Virus record (IMG/VR): IMGVR_UViG_3300008255_004085
DNA from: an uncultured virus (IMG/VR IMGVR_UViG_3300008255_004085)
Lineage: Duplodnaviria; Heunggongvirae; Uroviricota; Caudoviricetes
DNA: 64,000 nucleotides
Direction: 5' to 3' (one strand)
Shown here: positions 28,787-39,324 of the stretch, one piece after another
How positions within the stretch are numbered: position 1 is the stretch's first letter
Layout of the letters: every line of letters begins with the position of its first letter
Notes under the pieces: model-generated
Told to the model about the DNA's origin: nothing
Databases searched by the model: none
What the model saw: only the letters and a program-made list of their open reading frames with translations
Program-made: the position numbers and the translations under genes

Positions 28787-30580
28787 TTATGCTGTTCCTA
28801 TATAATGTCGGTTTTTATAAGGGCGTCCATTACTATCATAAAGGAATTCGTCTTTTGTGTTTATTCCATTCGCTTGTTGTTTAGGTTGTGCCGTAAGTTT
28901 TTGGGGTGTGGGAGCAACATTCATTGTGTTTGGGTTGTTTTGGTTATTTGAATCTGGGGAAATAGAACCTCGATATTGAGATATGTCAGCATATTCTCGT
29001 GGAACTTGCCTATGTCGAGATGGTCTTTCAAAAGTTGGATTACTTAAATACATTCCTTCAAAATTAGCTGGTTTAATAGCACTATTATGAACCCAACCAT
29101 ACTGAATCCCTTGTAGTGAAAGATATTGTGCAAATTCCCATTGTGTATAACCAGGAATTGAGATTGTTGGATTAATAAAAATTTGTGAATTAGCCGGCAA
29201 AAGGTCAAGATTTGATTCTCTTAAATCAAGTTTTTTTGTTTCAGGATCTGAATAATAAAAATGAGCACCAGCAACTGTTGTATAAGGTTGCCAATTTTCT
29301 GCCGGGGATGCTGCCGGGGATGCTGCCGGGGATGCTGCCGGGGATGCTGCCGGGGATGCTGCCGGGGATGCCGCCGGGGATGCTGCCGGGGATGTTGCCG
29401 GGGATTCTGCTGATGAGGCTGATTCTTTAAAATCTTTATATTCCATTTTGTTATTAGATAAATCTAAAATAAAATGATCAAGATATTCTTTAAGCTGATT
29501 ATTAAGATTTCCTAATTTAATAAATTTATTTTTTATTTTTATTTTTTGATAGTTAGTTTTTGTTTTTTCTAAAACAGAATCCATATTATCTAATATTATT
29601 TTTATGTCATTTTGTAGTGGAATTATTACATAAGAAAATAATGTTTTAATATTTTCTTGAAAAGGTAGGTTGTTTTTTTCTAGGTCTTTATACATTCCAT
29701 AAAAACCCAGGTTTATTAAGCTCCAACAATACTCTGATTCTCGATCTAAATATTTGTTGAAATTTTTAATTAATTCTGAGCTTTCTTTAGTTTCGGTTTG
29801 GATATTTAGTTTTACATACGGTATATATTTTTGATTATAATTAGTAATACTATTATCAAAATCATCTTGATATTCACTTTGTCCTGTTGTTTTAAACGAA
29901 TCTATTTTCATCAAAGGATCATCTTTAAATTCATTGAATTGATTTAATGAACTTTCATATGAAAGTTGATTTCTAGATGAGTTTTTAACTGTGATATCTG
30001 TAAAATTTTTAATTTGTTCAAGTTTAAGATGCAATGTGTCTAAATTTCCTTTAACAGTCGGATTGTCTATGACCTTTTTTGCAATCTCTTCAACTATTTT
30101 TATATCTTCTGCATATGGATAAATAATATATTGAATTATTAGAAATAGGGCTTGTTCTATATCTCTCTGTATTATCCCGTCAGAAGCAGCTTCATTTATT
30201 GTGTCAAAAATTATACCTCTACCTGCTACCCATGTTCTAAAATTATTAAATCCACCCTGTCCACGCCCCATAATTTGATCACCTTTTATTATTAATTTGG
30301 TTGTATATCCATTTACTTTTGAAATAAATTTTTCTGGATTTGTACTAAGCCAATTAGTTAATTGGTTAAAAATATTATCAATACCTCCTCTCATCCCACT
30401 AAAAATAGATTTATAAGGTTCAACAGTCACTCTCTTTGCTGTTTTTTGGAAAGAGATAGAATTTGAAGCGGCTTTATCAAAAATAGAGGCAAGTTTGTGT
30501 TGGCCAAAGGCTTCTCTCACCCCTGCTTCTTTGATTGCACTTTTTAGATCTTGAATTATAATTTTTTCTTTTTGTTTCAT
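28787..30580 (-). CDS. hypothetical protein with SPAA linker and possible SH3b-like C-terminal domain
   Basis: Nine SPAx units; YGWVHNSAI. Confidence 0.75.
   Translation of the reverse strand: MKQKEKIIIQDLKSAIKEAGVREAFGQHKLASIFDKAASNSISFQKTAKRVTVEPYKSIFSGMRGGIDNIFNQLTNWLSTNPEKFISKVNGYTTKLIIKGDQIMGRGQGGFNNFRTWVAGRGIIFDTINEAASDGIIQRDIEQALFLIIQYIIYPYAEDIKIVEEIAKKVIDNPTVKGNLDTLHLKLEQIKNFTDITVKNSSRNQLSYESSLNQFNEFKDDPLMKIDSFKTTGQSEYQDDFDNSITNYNQKYIPYVKLNIQTETKESSELIKNFNKYLDRESEYCWSLINLGFYGMYKDLEKNNLPFQENIKTLFSYVIIPLQNDIKIILDNMDSVLEKTKTNYQKIKIKNKFIKLGNLNNQLKEYLDHFILDLSNNKMEYKDFKESASSAESPATSPAASPAASPAASPAASPAASPAASPAASPAENWQPYTTVAGAHFYYSDPETKKLDLRESNLDLLPANSQIFINPTISIPGYTQWEFAQYLSLQGIQYGWVHNSAIKPANFEGMYLSNPTFERPSRHRQVPREYADISQYRGSISPDSNNQNNPNTMNVAPTPQKLTAQPKQQANGINTKDEFLYDSNGRPYKNRHYIGTA
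29300..29404. repeat. 12-nt GC-rich VNTR (9 copies)
   Basis: gccgggga at 29301, 29313 ... 29397. Confidence 0.95.
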
Positions 30581-30599
30581 CGAAACTCCAACACAATTT

Positions 30600-31619
30600 T
30601 TAATTCTCTTTCACTTCTTCGAAGTTTGGAACAAATTCACCTTCATTTTCGATAAAGTTCATTGTCATCATTTTATCTTGTCGTTTTTGAACTGATAAAA
30701 TTTTTGATTCAATCAGAGCGATTCTTGAGGCATCCCACCCAATTTCAACATCTTTGTCTAAAACAGGAAGAATATCTCTCAACAAAGCTACACCTGAACT
30801 ATTGACGATGTTGATTTTGATCTCGATATCTTTCCCATCTTTTTTGATAATCACACGATCTGGTTTTGGTTGATAAATCCATTCAATTGGTTTACTATTC
30901 AAAAAAACCTGTGTCAAAAACGATCTAATCCCAACAACTGTTGAACCGTTTTCAAGCCAAGCCTCAACGTCTGGCTCAAGTTCTTTACCATTAATTTGAA
31001 TTTTAACTGGTCTTTTTCTTAAATCTTGAATTGCATCATTGAGAGTCCTTGAATGAATTGTCCAATATTTAAATTGTTGATTTAATTTTTGATATCCTAA
31101 ATTTTTGAATTGAGGCCAATAAGAAGCTAAAATGTTTGTACATCCAGCAGAATTCAATCCAATCCAATCACCACTTGCCCCTCTGTGAACGTTAATTCCC
31201 TCTGTGATACTGACATAAATATCTTTTGAATCAAATGCCCCATTTTGATTTCTATCTCTCCATCCTTTGGCGTTGTCAACTCTAAAGGCTTCATACTTCC
31301 CTTGATGCATTCCTTTGTGAGCATCATGGAGGCCATCGCCCAAATGGAAACACCCGCCACCAGGATAACCTGAGCGGGCGCTTCTTTGTGTCCATTCATA
31401 TCCTGGTTCAATTGTTCCTTTGAAAAGTTTAACTGAATTTTCAAAAACTAAACCAACTGTGTCGTTGTTATAATAAGGCTTGTTGTCATTTGTCTCAACA
31501 ACAGAGTTTTTTGTTGTCAAGCACCCACGCAAACCTATCATGTAACTAGGTGGTGCTTTTTGGTTGAACAAATTAGAAAAAACTTGATCAAGATTTCCTT
31601 TTGTTATTTCAATTTTCAT
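30600..31619 (-). CDS. YkuD/L,D-transpeptidase-like cysteine peptidoglycan enzyme with copper-amine-oxidase-N-like domain
   Basis: GINVH-x11-SAGC; C-terminal VKIQINGKEL..AWLENGSTVVGIR and VEIGWD. Confidence 0.65.
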   Translation of the reverse strand: MKIEITKGNLDQVFSNLFNQKAPPSYMIGLRGCLTTKNSVVETNDNKPYYNNDTVGLVFENSVKLFKGTIEPGYEWTQRSARSGYPGGGCFHLGDGLHDAHKGMHQGKYEAFRVDNAKGWRDRNQNGAFDSKDIYVSITEGINVHRGASGDWIGLNSAGCTNILASYWPQFKNLGYQKLNQQFKYWTIHSRTLNDAIQDLRKRPVKIQINGKELEPDVEAWLENGSTVVGIRSFLTQVFLNSKPIEWIYQPKPDRVIIKKDGKDIEIKINIVNSSGVALLRDILPVLDKDVEIGWDASRIALIESKILSVQKRQDKMMTMNFIENEGEFVPNFEEVKEN

Positions 31620-31636
31620 TGTCCCCCCTCGAATTT

Positions 31637-31906
31637 TTAAATTCCAGCTATTTTTAAATTACCTTTTTCATATCTTTCAACTTTGAATTGGTCAATTTTG
31701 TCAAGATTGATCACAATTTTGACGTTTGGTGCTGGCACACAGAGAATTATTGATCCATCAGAAGTATCAGTGACAACATATTTCAAGTTGTCAACTTGAA
31801 TTTCGCCTGCAATTGGTGGCAAGTCTAAACTTTTTTCTTCATCCCTTAAATAGAATTTCCAATTACCAAGAAATTTATGGTTCGGTCTTCTTTCATTTTC
31901 AGTCAT
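31637..31906 (-). CDS. hypothetical protein
   Basis: 89-aa ORF with AAGGA RBS. Confidence 0.6.
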   Translation of the reverse strand: MTENERRPNHKFLGNWKFYLRDEEKSLDLPPIAGEIQVDNLKYVVTDTSDGSIILCVPAPNVKIVINLDKIDQFKVERYEKGNLKIAGI

Positions 31907-31923
31907 TTCAAAATCCTTTCAAT

Positions 31924-32631
31924 TTATTGGGGTCCAACATTTTGTCCTGTTGTGGCTGCCTTTTCTTTAATTTTATTAATTTTATTAATTTTATTAATTT
32001 TATTAGTTGCAATCTCAATTAAATTGTCTTTTGCTTTATTTAATTTAAAATAAGGTTCTTTATTGGATTCGTCAAAACCATTGGATTTATTAAAATGATT
32101 TTCGTCAACTTCTGCTAAAGATCCTCCTCTTAATGAAATCAAAATAGGATCGGCTTGTTTTACCCACTCGTTAACAAAATTTTTAATTTGTTCAATATTG
32201 TTGTTTCTATTAATAAAATTAATTGTATTATTAGCATAGATAATAAGAATACTAACATAATTTTGTGGATTTTCTACAATTTGTGGATTCATTTTATTAT
32301 AATCATAATATGGATCGTCTGGATTGTTTTTATAACCAAGATAATCATAGTAAGTGTTCTTTGCATAATTTGGTGGTTCTTCTTTATAGTTTTGTAAGAA
32401 TTTTTTTTGTTCTTCAAGTTCTAATTTCCACTTATCATAATCAGTGAAATTTATAGGTCGGGGGTGTTCGGAAAACCATTCCCGCATTCTTTTTTTGATA
32501 TCTTTGTCTGTTTGTGCTATTTTTATAATTTTTTCATCAATCAGTTTAGCTTCTTTTTGGAACCCAAGATCATCAAGCTTTTGAGCCTCACTCAACATTT
32601 TTCTAATTTTTTCTAGATTTTTAACTAACAT
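31924..32631 (-). CDS. leader-family protein, paralog of 32660..33223
   Basis: EAQKLDDLGFQKEAKLIDEKIIKIAQ; C-terminal VNEWVKQA. Confidence 0.8.
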   Translation of the reverse strand: MLVKNLEKIRKMLSEAQKLDDLGFQKEAKLIDEKIIKIAQTDKDIKKRMREWFSEHPRPINFTDYDKWKLELEEQKKFLQNYKEEPPNYAKNTYYDYLGYKNNPDDPYYDYNKMNPQIVENPQNYVSILIIYANNTINFINRNNNIEQIKNFVNEWVKQADPILISLRGGSLAEVDENHFNKSNGFDESNKEPYFKLNKAKDNLIEIATNKINKINKINKIKEKAATTGQNVGPQ

Positions 32632-32659
32632 TTAAAATACCTCCAAATCACCGAAATGT

Positions 32660-33223
32660 TTAAGCAATAACAGTTCCTGGTTGTTGTTCTTTTTGTTTAA
32701 CAAAATAAATCATCGTATTTTTAATTGTATTTATTTGTTCTTTTTGTTCAGGGGAAGCCAATGGCAAAATTTCATTTGCTTGTGCAACCCAAGAATCAAC
32801 ATATCTCTTCAAAAAATTAACATCTTGAATTTGATTAATTTGTTGAAGAAATTGATTACCAGATTGAACTAACCCTGAAAATGTTGCTTCAACATTTCCA
32901 GCAACTTGCCCTTCAACTTGCTGTTGTTGAATTGGTTGATTTGTTTGGCCAGATTGATCCAACCCAATTCTGCTATAAACAGAATCCCAATCAACATTTT
33001 TATATTTTGGATCTGCCCTCATTGTAGATATTTCATCAGCTAATTGTTGTCTTTCTTTTGCACTTTGTTGCTCAAAATCTTCATTTTCAGAATCAGTGCG
33101 GTAATCAATGTTTTGAGCAATTTTTATAACTTTTCGATCAATTGCTTTTGCCTCTTTTGAAAGCCCAAGATCATCAAGCCTTTGTGCTTCAATTAGCATC
33201 TCTTTGATTTTCTGAATTTCCAT
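32660..33223 (-). CDS. leader-family protein, paralog of 31924..32631
   Basis: EAQRLDDLGLSKEAKAIDRKVIKIAQ; C-terminal VDSWVAQA. Confidence 0.8.
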   Translation of the reverse strand: MEIQKIKEMLIEAQRLDDLGLSKEAKAIDRKVIKIAQNIDYRTDSENEDFEQQSAKERQQLADEISTMRADPKYKNVDWDSVYSRIGLDQSGQTNQPIQQQQVEGQVAGNVEATFSGLVQSGNQFLQQINQIQDVNFLKRYVDSWVAQANEILPLASPEQKEQINTIKNTMIYFVKQKEQQPGTVIA

Positions 33224-34775
33224 TTATTTTCTCCAAAAAACTTATAGCAGACTCTAATTGCTGCTCAAAATTCATATCTACTAAACTATCTTCTAAATGC
33301 TGTTTGATTTTACCTACAATTGGTCCAGAATTAATTCCTAATTCTTTCATAACAACATCCATCGGAATAATTTCTCTAAACAAACTTCTTCCTTTTGCAA
33401 ACCCTGAAACCAACACATCATCAATATCTTTTGGATCACAAAAATAAGACAACAAACATTTTCTTCTCAAAAAATCTTGTGAAGCAATTCTTTGTGCTTC
33501 TTTTTCAGATTCGCAAACACCTCTGTCAAATTTTGTGATATCTCTTGCCCATTTGAAAACAGAATTTTCCCTTGGATCTTGTGGAAACATTGGGCATTCA
33601 ATATCATCAACAATCTTGGAAATCAATGAATTGCCAAAGCCCAATTGAGATAAACACAAACTTGGTACTAATCCATCTGTTTCTAATCCATAACCAGTTC
33701 CCAAACAAGATCTAAATAAATATGCAATTCTGATCATAAAAACTTGCTCCACATCATTGAAGTCAGGGGGTAAAATTTCATCTAAAAATCTAATAGCGAT
33801 ATCGAATTTGTTTAGATTAAACAACAAATGTCTTGAAATATATGGAATCATACAAAAACTAAAAAGATAATTCATTGCTTTATAAGCATACTTACCCGTT
33901 ATTAATTTAAAAAATTCTTCAGAATATGCCATTGGCTCAACAATATCCAAATTTCTTTTAACATTTGATGTTTTCCCTTTTCCTTTAAATGTTTCTGGCA
34001 TATTCATTGGGTCATCTGGTGCTAATTTAAAACCATGAAACACCTCATCAATAGCCATTGCTCTGTCAATTGCTCGACATGTTTCACCGCTGATGTAAAA
34101 ACCTAATTGTGAAACAAATCTTACAGCACGCCAAATTCTCAAAGGATCATCAGAAAAAACTTTGATTGGATCTTCCGAATTTGCGACATGAAGAATTCCT
34201 TTTGTTAAATCATCAATCCCACGACCTGTTAAATCAAGAATTTTAAATGTTTCCAAATCAATCATCAAAGTATTGATCGTAAAATCACGACGAATCACAT
34301 CCTCAAAGATGTCGGACATTTTCGTCTCTGGTTGCCGAACTTTGGTTTGTTGCTCACCGATTCTTTTGATTTGATAACTTTCACTTCTGGCATGGGCAAA
34401 TTCAATTTCAATCCCCTTGAAATTGATTTTAGCAGTTTTTGTTCTGAAAAAAACAGCAGGTAAATTCAAATTGAATTCCAAAGCTAAAATGATTGCAAAA
34501 ATGATTCCACCGCCACAAGTTGACATAAACTCATCGAAATCAACATCATCACAATATTTATCTTTGACAACATCTAAAACTTTTTGATTAATTTGTGAAA
34601 TATCTGGGATTGTTGAAATAACAATATCAATATCTTTTGATGTTCTTCCTAAAAACAAATCTCTTACAAAACCACCGACGATATATGCCTTAAAGCCATT
34701 TTGTTTAGCTTTTTCTGCAATTATTCTGATTTCATCATCCTGATCAAATTCTACCTTAGAGCCCGAGATCACCAT
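33189..34775 (-). CDS. cca: CCA-adding enzyme/poly(A) polymerase family nucleotidyltransferase (start uncertain)
   Basis: VGGFVRD...DIDI, ARSESY, DVIRRDFTIN and DDPLRIWRAVRF. Confidence 0.88.
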   Translation of the reverse strand: MVISGSKVEFDQDDEIRIIAEKAKQNGFKAYIVGGFVRDLFLGRTSKDIDIVISTIPDISQINQKVLDVVKDKYCDDVDFDEFMSTCGGGIIFAIILALEFNLNLPAVFFRTKTAKINFKGIEIEFAHARSESYQIKRIGEQQTKVRQPETKMSDIFEDVIRRDFTINTLMIDLETFKILDLTGRGIDDLTKGILHVANSEDPIKVFSDDPLRIWRAVRFVSQLGFYISGETCRAIDRAMAIDEVFHGFKLAPDDPMNMPETFKGKGKTSNVKRNLDIVEPMAYSEEFFKLITGKYAYKAMNYLFSFCMIPYISRHLLFNLNKFDIAIRFLDEILPPDFNDVEQVFMIRIAYLFRSCLGTGYGLETDGLVPSLCLSQLGFGNSLISKIVDDIECPMFPQDPRENSVFKWARDITKFDRGVCESEKEAQRIASQDFLRRKCLLSYFCDPKDIDDVLVSGFAKGRSLFREIIPMDVVMKELGINSGPIVGKIKQHLEDSLVDMNFEQQLESAISFLEKINGNSENQRDAN

Positions 34776-34880
34776 GCCGCACCCGCCTTCCTGTAACTGC
34801 CCCGCCGCCGCCGATGGTAGCACAGAAGTGGTTGGAGGTCAAACCATAATTAGAAAAGAATATAAACAACGGAGGAAAAA

Positions 34881-35819
34881 ATGTTCGGCAATCCTGATCT
34901 TGGAAATCTAAGAGTTGTTCTAATTAATGGTTCTCCTTTGTTCTGTTCAAATGTTGATTTCTATCCAAAACAAGAGATGGATCCAGTTGAACTACTTCAA
35001 GGTGGGCCAAGAACATTGATTTATTCTATTGGTAAGAAAACATTTGAGGGGACACTCTCAATCCCTCTTTATGTTGACACAGATGGGAACATAGCAGAAC
35101 CTTGTAAAGAAGTTATTAGATGTGCTGACAATCCATTGAGAAGCTTGTCATTAACAATGAATTATGGAATTATGGGAGAACCATTAACAGCAGATCTTTA
35201 TCAAAGTCCTCTTTCCACAGATTCGCATAAAAGATTAACATTAGGATGTTGTTATATTCAAAAATTAACAATAACTGTTGAAAATGCTGGCCCTATAACT
35301 ATGGAGGTTTCAATTATTGGTCTCCCAGATGATGAAAATGAAGATGACTATGATGTCGATGTCCCAACAGAGGGATTAATGGCTAGACAATGTTCATTTG
35401 CTGATTGCATCATTAGGAGTGGAGCAGACGGATCATATGTCTATTGGGAAAATATTCAAGAGTTTAATTTATCATTTGAAAATAAAGTTGAACCTTTGTA
35501 TCTTGTTACACAATCTAAAAGAGATTATGCTGATTATTTATTAGCAGGAGAAACGCATATTTTTGGAGAATGGACAGAAATAAAGAAGGCAGAAGAGTGG
35601 GATGATGAGAAAGGTCAATGGAAGCACGGTGGATATTTTGATGATTTTTATCTAAAAATAAAAATTGCTGACATAGTGGCTGACATAAGAGATATTGTTA
35701 TGAAACCACAAAGTCAGCCTTTAGGTGTAGGAATATTAAAAAGGAAAACAGAATTTATAGTTACATTTAGACATGGATGGGTAAGTGAGACAAGAAACCT
35801 AGTGTTCAGCGACTTATAA
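34881..35819 (+). CDS. Tail-tube-like protein, paralog 1 of 6
   Basis: GCCYIQKLTITVENAGPITMEVSIIG and IQEFNLSFEN resemble phage tail tube (Phage_tube_2-like) strands. Confidence 0.6.
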   Translation: MFGNPDLGNLRVVLINGSPLFCSNVDFYPKQEMDPVELLQGGPRTLIYSIGKKTFEGTLSIPLYVDTDGNIAEPCKEVIRCADNPLRSLSLTMNYGIMGEPLTADLYQSPLSTDSHKRLTLGCCYIQKLTITVENAGPITMEVSIIGLPDDENEDDYDVDVPTEGLMARQCSFADCIIRSGADGSYVYWENIQEFNLSFENKVEPLYLVTQSKRDYADYLLAGETHIFGEWTEIKKAEEWDDEKGQWKHGGYFDDFYLKIKIADIVADIRDIVMKPQSQPLGVGILKRKTEFIVTFRHGWVSETRNLVFSDL

Positions 35820-35848
35820 ATCTTTGACTAAATTAGGAGAAAAGAGAT

Positions 35849-37042
35849 ATGCCTATAAGAAATAACATAACTGGTATTTGGAGACATCTATATTTAAGGA
35901 ATCTTAGTAATAGTTATCAAACCTCAGTTTCATCTGCTGGAGGATATGATGGTTCTGGTGGATCCAGTGTTTCTAATCTGAATACTGTTGTTTTAATTGT
36001 TGAAAGCGCAAATTTTAGAACAGAACAAGATGTTAGTACATCAAGTCTACTTCAAGGTACTGTTAAGACAAAGGTGCTTCAAATTGGAGCGGCGACAGAC
36101 AGTTTAGAGGTTTCTGGTCCGACATTATTTGCAGAATCTTCTACAACATCAGATACAACACCAAAACTTCTTTATGCAGCTTCCACCGGAACAAAATATG
36201 GTGATGCTGGGAACGTTGCAGTTTCGTTCTTGGAAGGTGCCCTTGATATCACAAGTAGTTCTGCTCAAAATAGCTTTGTTGAAAAGATCGGATTAAGCAT
36301 TGACGAGAGTGGTGTTAAATGGGATGTGTCACTTAAAGGCGACCCAACCTCTCTTTATCCAGAATTCGGAAGTTCTGGAACAACTCTTCCTTATGGAGAA
36401 TCCACAAACTCACCAGCAGGACCTGACACAAGTGATGGTCTTCCAACAGCATTAAGAGAAGGTAGATGGTTTGACTTTTATGTCCCAACAACTGTTACCT
36501 TCTGGGATGGAGCCACAGGGACACCAGGGGCTGTTGATATTTCTGCAACAATTAAAAGTTATTCTGCAAACATAGACATCGGATACGACCAAATCAATTT
36601 GGTCGGTACTGGTCAGGCACCTTGGTTCGCAATTAATAAAATTGCAATGAATGGGACTATTAGTCTTGTTTTCCCATTATTAGAAATCCTTTATGGACAA
36701 GAATATGCTCCGGTCCCAACTTGGCAAGCTGTTCCTAATGCTTGGACTGCTGGTTCAAGTGTTTACACATCTTATGGGTCTAGGCTTCCTAGCTCAACAG
36801 GTGTTGATCCTGCAACAACAGGGACCTTCCCAGATAGGCCAGACATCTGTACTGTTGATAGTATGGCTGTAATTCCCAAGTTCGTTTCAAATGGTGGGGA
36901 TGTTTTCCCATCAACCTTGTTCGGGTTCCCAAGCGGTAACTCAACCACAGCAATTGTTATGAAAAGTTCAAGCATCAATGTTGGGACTGGAATTTTAACA
37001 GCAGATATGGACTATGAAGTTATTTTCACTCCAGTCTTATAA
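35849..37042 (+). CDS. Tail-tube-like protein, paralog 2 (Ser/Thr/Gly-rich)
   Basis: LLQG, SGPTLFAE, VEKIGLSID and REGRWFDF. Confidence 0.6.
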   Translation: MPIRNNITGIWRHLYLRNLSNSYQTSVSSAGGYDGSGGSSVSNLNTVVLIVESANFRTEQDVSTSSLLQGTVKTKVLQIGAATDSLEVSGPTLFAESSTTSDTTPKLLYAASTGTKYGDAGNVAVSFLEGALDITSSSAQNSFVEKIGLSIDESGVKWDVSLKGDPTSLYPEFGSSGTTLPYGESTNSPAGPDTSDGLPTALREGRWFDFYVPTTVTFWDGATGTPGAVDISATIKSYSANIDIGYDQINLVGTGQAPWFAINKIAMNGTISLVFPLLEILYGQEYAPVPTWQAVPNAWTAGSSVYTSYGSRLPSSTGVDPATTGTFPDRPDICTVDSMAVIPKFVSNGGDVFPSTLFGFPSGNSTTAIVMKSSSINVGTGILTADMDYEVIFTPVL

Positions 37043-37056
37043 AAAGTGAGGTTTTT

Positions 37057-38178
37057 ATGCCGATTTTTAACAATGCTACTGGCATCTATAAGATCGGTTA
37101 TGATACTGGTTTAGGGACAGGAGTTATTTGTCAAGATTTTACACACGATTATGATCTCAGTATTAGCAACATTCAAGAATTAATGTGTGGTGGTGGTGGC
37201 AGCATCGTTAAAAAAATTGACAATGTAATTTCCTCGACAGTTGTCACTGGACCAATGTTATTTGCCGAAAGTTCATATTTAGGTGAAAGATTAGCAGCCT
37301 TTGTAGATTATTTAGGTCTAAATTCATTAGATGATATAGGTTTTTATGATACTTATTGGTATGCTGTTAGATTAATGGGTAAACATTGGCTAAATATTGG
37401 TGGATCTTCTTTATTATCAGGAATTATGGTAGAATCTGTTAATATTTCTATTGATGATAATGGATTAACAACAAAAATTCAGTATTTCACAGATCCAGTA
37501 GATGCCGGTGACACTTCTATCGGAAGAATTATAAAAGCAACGACACCAGATCCAGGGATCACAGCTTTAAGAGAAAGTCGATGGTATGATTTTTATGCTA
37601 AAATGTCATATTCTCCTACTCCGAGTGTAACTGATGTTATTTCTTTTCCAATAAAAAATTGTGTAATTGACATAGGATTTGAGTATGAAACAGTTAATCC
37701 AATCGGTGGATTGGCAAAATTTTTATCAAAAGACACATCTTCTTTAACAAATCAATATTGGATGCATACTCCTTTTAGAACATTAAAAAATGTTATGATT
37801 AATTGTACAATTACAGGTCTTATGAGGAATGATATAACAAATGATTGGGGTAAATCAAAAATTTTAGGAATTACAAGTTCAGATTTAAGAAAAGATTATT
37901 TTCATGTAAGCACACAAAAAGAAGATGTTGGATATTTTGAACCATATGATTTTGATATTTTTACAATTAATGGAAGTTCTATTTATCCGTTGATCAAAAC
38001 AATTTTATTTGGATCAACAAGTGTCAACAGCATCCTTTATCCATATTATTCTGGTTCAAAAGTTTTTGTTGAGAATGTTGCTTGGTATATAATGGAAGTT
38101 ATTGAAAATAATACCGCTGGATTTTTAGATGTTGATATAAAACTTGAAGGAATAGCACCAATAAGGATGGTCCAATAG
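37057..38178 (+). CDS. Tail-tube-like protein, paralog 3
   Basis: MPIFNNATGI, TGPMLFAE, VESVNISID and RESRWYDF. Confidence 0.6.
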   Translation: MPIFNNATGIYKIGYDTGLGTGVICQDFTHDYDLSISNIQELMCGGGGSIVKKIDNVISSTVVTGPMLFAESSYLGERLAAFVDYLGLNSLDDIGFYDTYWYAVRLMGKHWLNIGGSSLLSGIMVESVNISIDDNGLTTKIQYFTDPVDAGDTSIGRIIKATTPDPGITALRESRWYDFYAKMSYSPTPSVTDVISFPIKNCVIDIGFEYETVNPIGGLAKFLSKDTSSLTNQYWMHTPFRTLKNVMINCTITGLMRNDITNDWGKSKILGITSSDLRKDYFHVSTQKEDVGYFEPYDFDIFTINGSSIYPLIKTILFGSTSVNSILYPYYSGSKVFVENVAWYIMEVIENNTAGFLDVDIKLEGIAPIRMVQ

Positions 38179-39312
38179 ATGGCAACTTTTTTAGAATATA
38201 ATAAATTAATAAAAAATATTTTTTATAAATGGAAAAATTTTACATTTGATGGAGCTATTGACAATCAAGTTATTTCAAGTTTTGCGAACACTGGTGTAAT
38301 GCATCAGCAAATAGGAAAATATTTCACAATGAGTTATGGTGAAGAAACTTTATTTGCAGAAAATATTTCTGTTTATAATTCAAACGAATCACAAACAAAA
38401 GCTATGTTCACAGGTAGAGCCCAATTAAGAACAGATAATTCTACAGATGCAGATATTGATTATGATGTTTTTAATAAACAATTTCCTAGTAGAGAAATAA
38501 AATTATCTGGGATTGCTACTTATAACAATGATGCTTGGATAACTCTTTTAAAAGATTCAATTGATTATACTTTAGGTAAAAATATAGATTTTGATAATGA
38601 ATCTCTAATCCCTGTTGTTTCTAATATTTCATTAGACATCTCTCCACAACAAGCCACTTGGTCAATAACATGGAAAGCATTTGGTGAGGATTATGATAAT
38701 TTATTTTCATCTGGGAGTGATGAATTAGATGTTATTTTAACATCAGAAGAGAATGTGGAAACAAGAATTGTCAAATGGTATGATGTGTTAATAGTTTTTG
38801 ATACTAGTATTTTTCCTAATTTTCCTATTCCAAATAGTTCTGATGAAATTGAATGTTATGTTAATTCAATAAACATCTCATGGGATATAGAAAATAAAAT
38901 ATATTTTACAATTGAAAAAAATGGAACAATCAAAGATCTTCCTTATTATCTTCCAACAAGACTAAAGACAGGATTAAATTTTTCTGGATATAGCCCATTG
39001 GTTACTGATAAAAATTCTGAAAGTTATTATAAAGTTTTTAAAGACAATAAATTAAATCCAATTGAAGATGTTGTTTCAGAGAAATTTTTTATGACAGATA
39101 GACAAAAAAACGATGATGCTATAAAAATTTATATTGCAAATCAAGGAGGAGTTATTAATGATAATAGAAGAATAGATAAAAGAATTGGTGAGGTTTCTAT
39201 TGATGGTGCTTCAACAGAAAATGCATTTTGGCTAATTCATAATTCTTCTTTTTCGTTATCTCCTGGTGATCCTATGGAAGTTACAATAGATGCAACAAAG
39301 ATATTTAGTTAA
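38179..39312 (+). CDS. Tail-tube-like protein, paralog 4
   Basis: LSG, VSNISLDIS, RIVKWYDV and VNSINISWD. Confidence 0.55.
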   Translation: MATFLEYNKLIKNIFYKWKNFTFDGAIDNQVISSFANTGVMHQQIGKYFTMSYGEETLFAENISVYNSNESQTKAMFTGRAQLRTDNSTDADIDYDVFNKQFPSREIKLSGIATYNNDAWITLLKDSIDYTLGKNIDFDNESLIPVVSNISLDISPQQATWSITWKAFGEDYDNLFSSGSDELDVILTSEENVETRIVKWYDVLIVFDTSIFPNFPIPNSSDEIECYVNSINISWDIENKIYFTIEKNGTIKDLPYYLPTRLKTGLNFSGYSPLVTDKNSESYYKVFKDNKLNPIEDVVSEKFFMTDRQKNDDAIKIYIANQGGVINDNRRIDKRIGEVSIDGASTENAFWLIHNSSFSLSPGDPMEVTIDATKIFS

Positions 39313-39324
39313 TAGAGAAAAAAC

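Noticed and set aside
29212..29430. LPGM-repeat ORF on the plus strand
   Set aside because: Antisense reading of the SPAA VNTR.
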